Positions 49,385-51,644 of a stretch of DNA of 51,644 nt are shown piece by piece. The notes under the pieces were generated by a model, which had not been told where the DNA came from, made no database searches, and was given only the letters and a program-made list of their open reading frames with translations. Every line of letters begins with the position of its first letter. Position 1 is the stretch's first letter. The DNA comes from Candidatus Parcubacteria bacterium (lineage in GTDB: Bacteria > Patescibacteriota > Patescibacteriia > UBA1558 > GWA2-36-10): assembly GCA_018664825.1 (NCBI GenBank), contig JABJNO010000023.1, forward strand, positions 1 to 51,644, read 5' to 3'. The translations under genes and the position numbers were made by a program.

Positions 49385-51644
49385 ATGCCCCAAGCCAAGA
49401 CTACTACGCGTAAATATTTTACTACTTTACGCGAAGCCATTCCTTTGACTGACCTGATAGAGGTCCAAAAAAAATCATATGATTGGTTTTTCAAAGACGG
49501 TCTAAAGGAATTGTTTGACGAAATTTCTCCAATCAAAGACTTTATTGGTCGTGATCTAGAACTCTACTTCACTGATTACTATTTGGATGAACCAAAATTT
49601 GATGAAGTAACAGCAAAAGATAAAAATGTTACCTTTGAAGCTCCATTACGTGTAAACGTAAGGTTGACCAACAAACGAACCAACGAGGTCAAAGAACAGG
49701 AAATTTATTTAGGCGACTTTCCATTGATGACCGAGCGCGGTACTTTTATTATCAATGGTGTAGAAAGAGTTGTGGTTTCCCAGCTTATTAGAAGCGCTGG
49801 TGTTTTCTTTACCTCTGCAATTACTAAAGGTAGAAAATATTATGGAGCAAAGATTATACCAAATCGTGGAGCTTGGCTTGAAATAGAAACAGACGGCAAC
49901 AATATAATATATGTAAAAATAGATCGAAAAAGAAAAGTTCCTATAACTGCTCTTTTCCGAGCTTTTGGATATAGTAGCGATGAAGAAATTATCAACTTAT
50001 TTAAAGAAGTAGATAATCATCCAGAGGTAAGTTTTATTCAATCAACCTTGGATAAAGATACTTCAAAAAACGACGCTGAAGGATTAAAAGAAGTTTATAA
50101 ACGTATTCGTCCAGGAGATTTAGCGACGACCGAAAATGCCCGTAGTCTGATACACTCAATGTTTTTTGACTTTGACCGTTATGACTTTGGTAGAGTAGGA
50201 CGTTATAAAATAAATTCAAGATTTGATTTGAATTTACCAAACAACAAAGAAACAAGAGTTCTTCGTCGTGAAGATTTGATTTTGGTTATTAGTGAAATTA
50301 TAAGATTAAATTTGACCCAAGAAGATGCTGATGATATTGATCACTTGGGTAACCGTAGAGTAAGGGCAATTGGGGAACTTGTTCAAAACAGATTCCGTAT
50401 TGGTTTAGCTCGTATGGAAAGAATCATCAAAGATAGGATGAGTACTTTGGATATTGCGGCTTTGAATCCAAACCAACTTATAAACGCTCGTCCGGTGATT
50501 GGTGTGATCAAAGAATTTTTTATGAGCTCACAGCTTTCTCAATTCATGGACCAAGTAAATCCACTAGCTGAGCTAGAACACAAAAGACGTTTATCAGCCA
50601 TGGGACCAGGTGGTCTATCTAGAGAAAGAGCTGGTTTTGAGGTAAGAGATGTACATCGTACTCATTACGGTCGTATTTGTCCTATTGCTACTCCAGAGGG
50701 ACCAAATATTGGTCTAGTAGGTCATCTTGCTGCTTACGCCAAGGTAAATGATTTTGGTTTTATTGAGACTCCTTTTAGAAGGGTTTATCATGATGTGGAT
50801 AATAATCCAAAAATGACCACTGATCGTCAAGCTAGGCAGGACATCAAGGATGCCAAGGGCAAAACAATCTTGAAAGCTGGTGATAAAATAACAGCCGCCA
50901 AAGCCAAAGAATTGGCAGGGCACAAAGATATTGAAATAGTAGCAATCAAACCTGTGGTTACAGACGAGATTGTTTATATGGATGCTTTTGAAGAAGAAAG
51001 ATACAATACAGCAGCAGCCACTACCCCGATTGATGACGAGGGATACTTTGTAAATGATTATGCTGAAATTAGAATCAAAGGTAATCCTACCTATGAAAAG
51101 GTACACCATATTGATTTATTGGATGTTGCTCCAAATCAAATTATTTCTATTGCCACTTCAATGATTCCTTTCTTGGAGCATGATGATGCGGTACGTGCTT
51201 TGATGGGAACAAATATGCAACGTCAAGCAGTTTCTGTAATTAGACCACAAGCTCCAATAGTTGGAACTGGTATCGAAGCAAAGGCTGCTATGGATTCAGG
51301 ACAAGTAGTATTAGCCAAAGAAGCCGGTGAAGTTACTAGAGTAGATAGTCGTAGAATTGACCTTACCGATAAAAACGGAGTGGTCGCTACTTATAACTTA
51401 AATAAATTTGCTCGTTCTAATACCTCTACTAGCATGAACCAGCACCCAATAGTTGATAAGGGACAAAAAGTTAAAAAAGGGGAAGTTTTAGCCGATGGTG
51501 CTGCTACTGATCAAGGAGAGTTAGCGCTTGGCCAAAACATGTTGGTAGCCTATATGACTTGGGATGGTGGTAATTATGAGGACGCTATTTTGATTTCCGA
51601 ACGAGTGGTAAAGAATGATAACTACACTTCCGTTAGCATTGAAG
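49385..51644 (+). CDS. rpoB: DNA-directed RNA polymerase beta subunit (partial, runs off the window end; absent from ORF track)
   Basis: Hand translation: GDFPLMTERGTFIINGVERVVVSQL, SQLSQFMDQVNPLAELEHKRRLSA, GRICPIATPEGPNIG, GQNMLVAYM..NYEDAI. Confidence 0.99.
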   Translation, partial: MPQAKTTTRKYFTTLREAIPLTDLIEVQKKSYDWFFKDGLKELFDEISPIKDFIGRDLELYFTDYYLDEPKFDEVTAKDKNVTFEAPLRVNVRLTNKRTNEVKEQEIYLGDFPLMTERGTFIINGVERVVVSQLIRSAGVFFTSAITKGRKYYGAKIIPNRGAWLEIETDGNNIIYVKIDRKRKVPITALFRAFGYSSDEEIINLFKEVDNHPEVSFIQSTLDKDTSKNDAEGLKEVYKRIRPGDLATTENARSLIHSMFFDFDRYDFGRVGRYKINSRFDLNLPNNKETRVLRREDLILVISEIIRLNLTQEDADDIDHLGNRRVRAIGELVQNRFRIGLARMERIIKDRMSTLDIAALNPNQLINARPVIGVIKEFFMSSQLSQFMDQVNPLAELEHKRRLSAMGPGGLSRERAGFEVRDVHRTHYGRICPIATPEGPNIGLVGHLAAYAKVNDFGFIETPFRRVYHDVDNNPKMTTDRQARQDIKDAKGKTILKAGDKITAAKAKELAGHKDIEIVAIKPVVTDEIVYMDAFEEERYNTAAATTPIDDEGYFVNDYAEIRIKGNPTYEKVHHIDLLDVAPNQIISIATSMIPFLEHDDAVRALMGTNMQRQAVSVIRPQAPIVGTGIEAKAAMDSGQVVLAKEAGEVTRVDSRRIDLTDKNGVVATYNLNKFARSNTSTSMNQHPIVDKGQKVKKGEVLADGAATDQGELALGQNMLVAYMTWDGGNYEDAILISERVVKNDNYTSVSIE

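Overview
AT-rich bacterial chromosome segment spanning the replication origin, most likely from a Patescibacteria/CPR genome (Parcubacteria-like). This placement is inferred from 16S primer-site variants, a short hinge-less SMC, a short YidC, lamin-tail and VanW surface proteins, and core genes lacking Shine-Dalgarno (SD) motifs; standard code 11 fits. The core backbone holds a partial 16S rRNA, tag-trmD-khpA-rpsP, smc, rpmF-nusB-rnc, a csoR-trxA-trxB-malic enzyme-gdhA-rnhB operon, three tRNAs, yidC-yidD-rnpA-rpmH, dnaA-oriC-dnaN, ruvA-femX-murE and a partial rpoB. About 13 accessory units are interspersed, many visibly GC-richer, and most share one layout: sigma70 promoter, boxA-like motif (hGTWCHTTnAA), strong SD, ORF(s), hairpin terminator. 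The most striking signal is a dispersed set of 8 ORF-less units of about 120-330 nt, bounded by terminators and (except one) by promoters. In five of them the boxA-like motif sits immediately before a long 5'/3' closing stem, resembling a miniature pre-rRNA. They cluster around rnc, a NusB-Nudix fusion and a stand-alone T4 Rnl1-type RNA ligase. Other highlights: six tandem divergent paralogs of an unknown family behind a U32 protein-ferredoxin pair; leaderless uORF/terminator attenuators before a CNNM Mg2+ transporter and before rpoB; a CsoR-type operator on a thioredoxin operon whose repressor lacks canonical Cu ligands; two 7-TM PQ-loop/SWEET-like proteins; and a degenerate mini-pilin. No CRISPR array, transposase or integrase was seen. 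Structures and motifs were read by eye; no database search or folding program was run.
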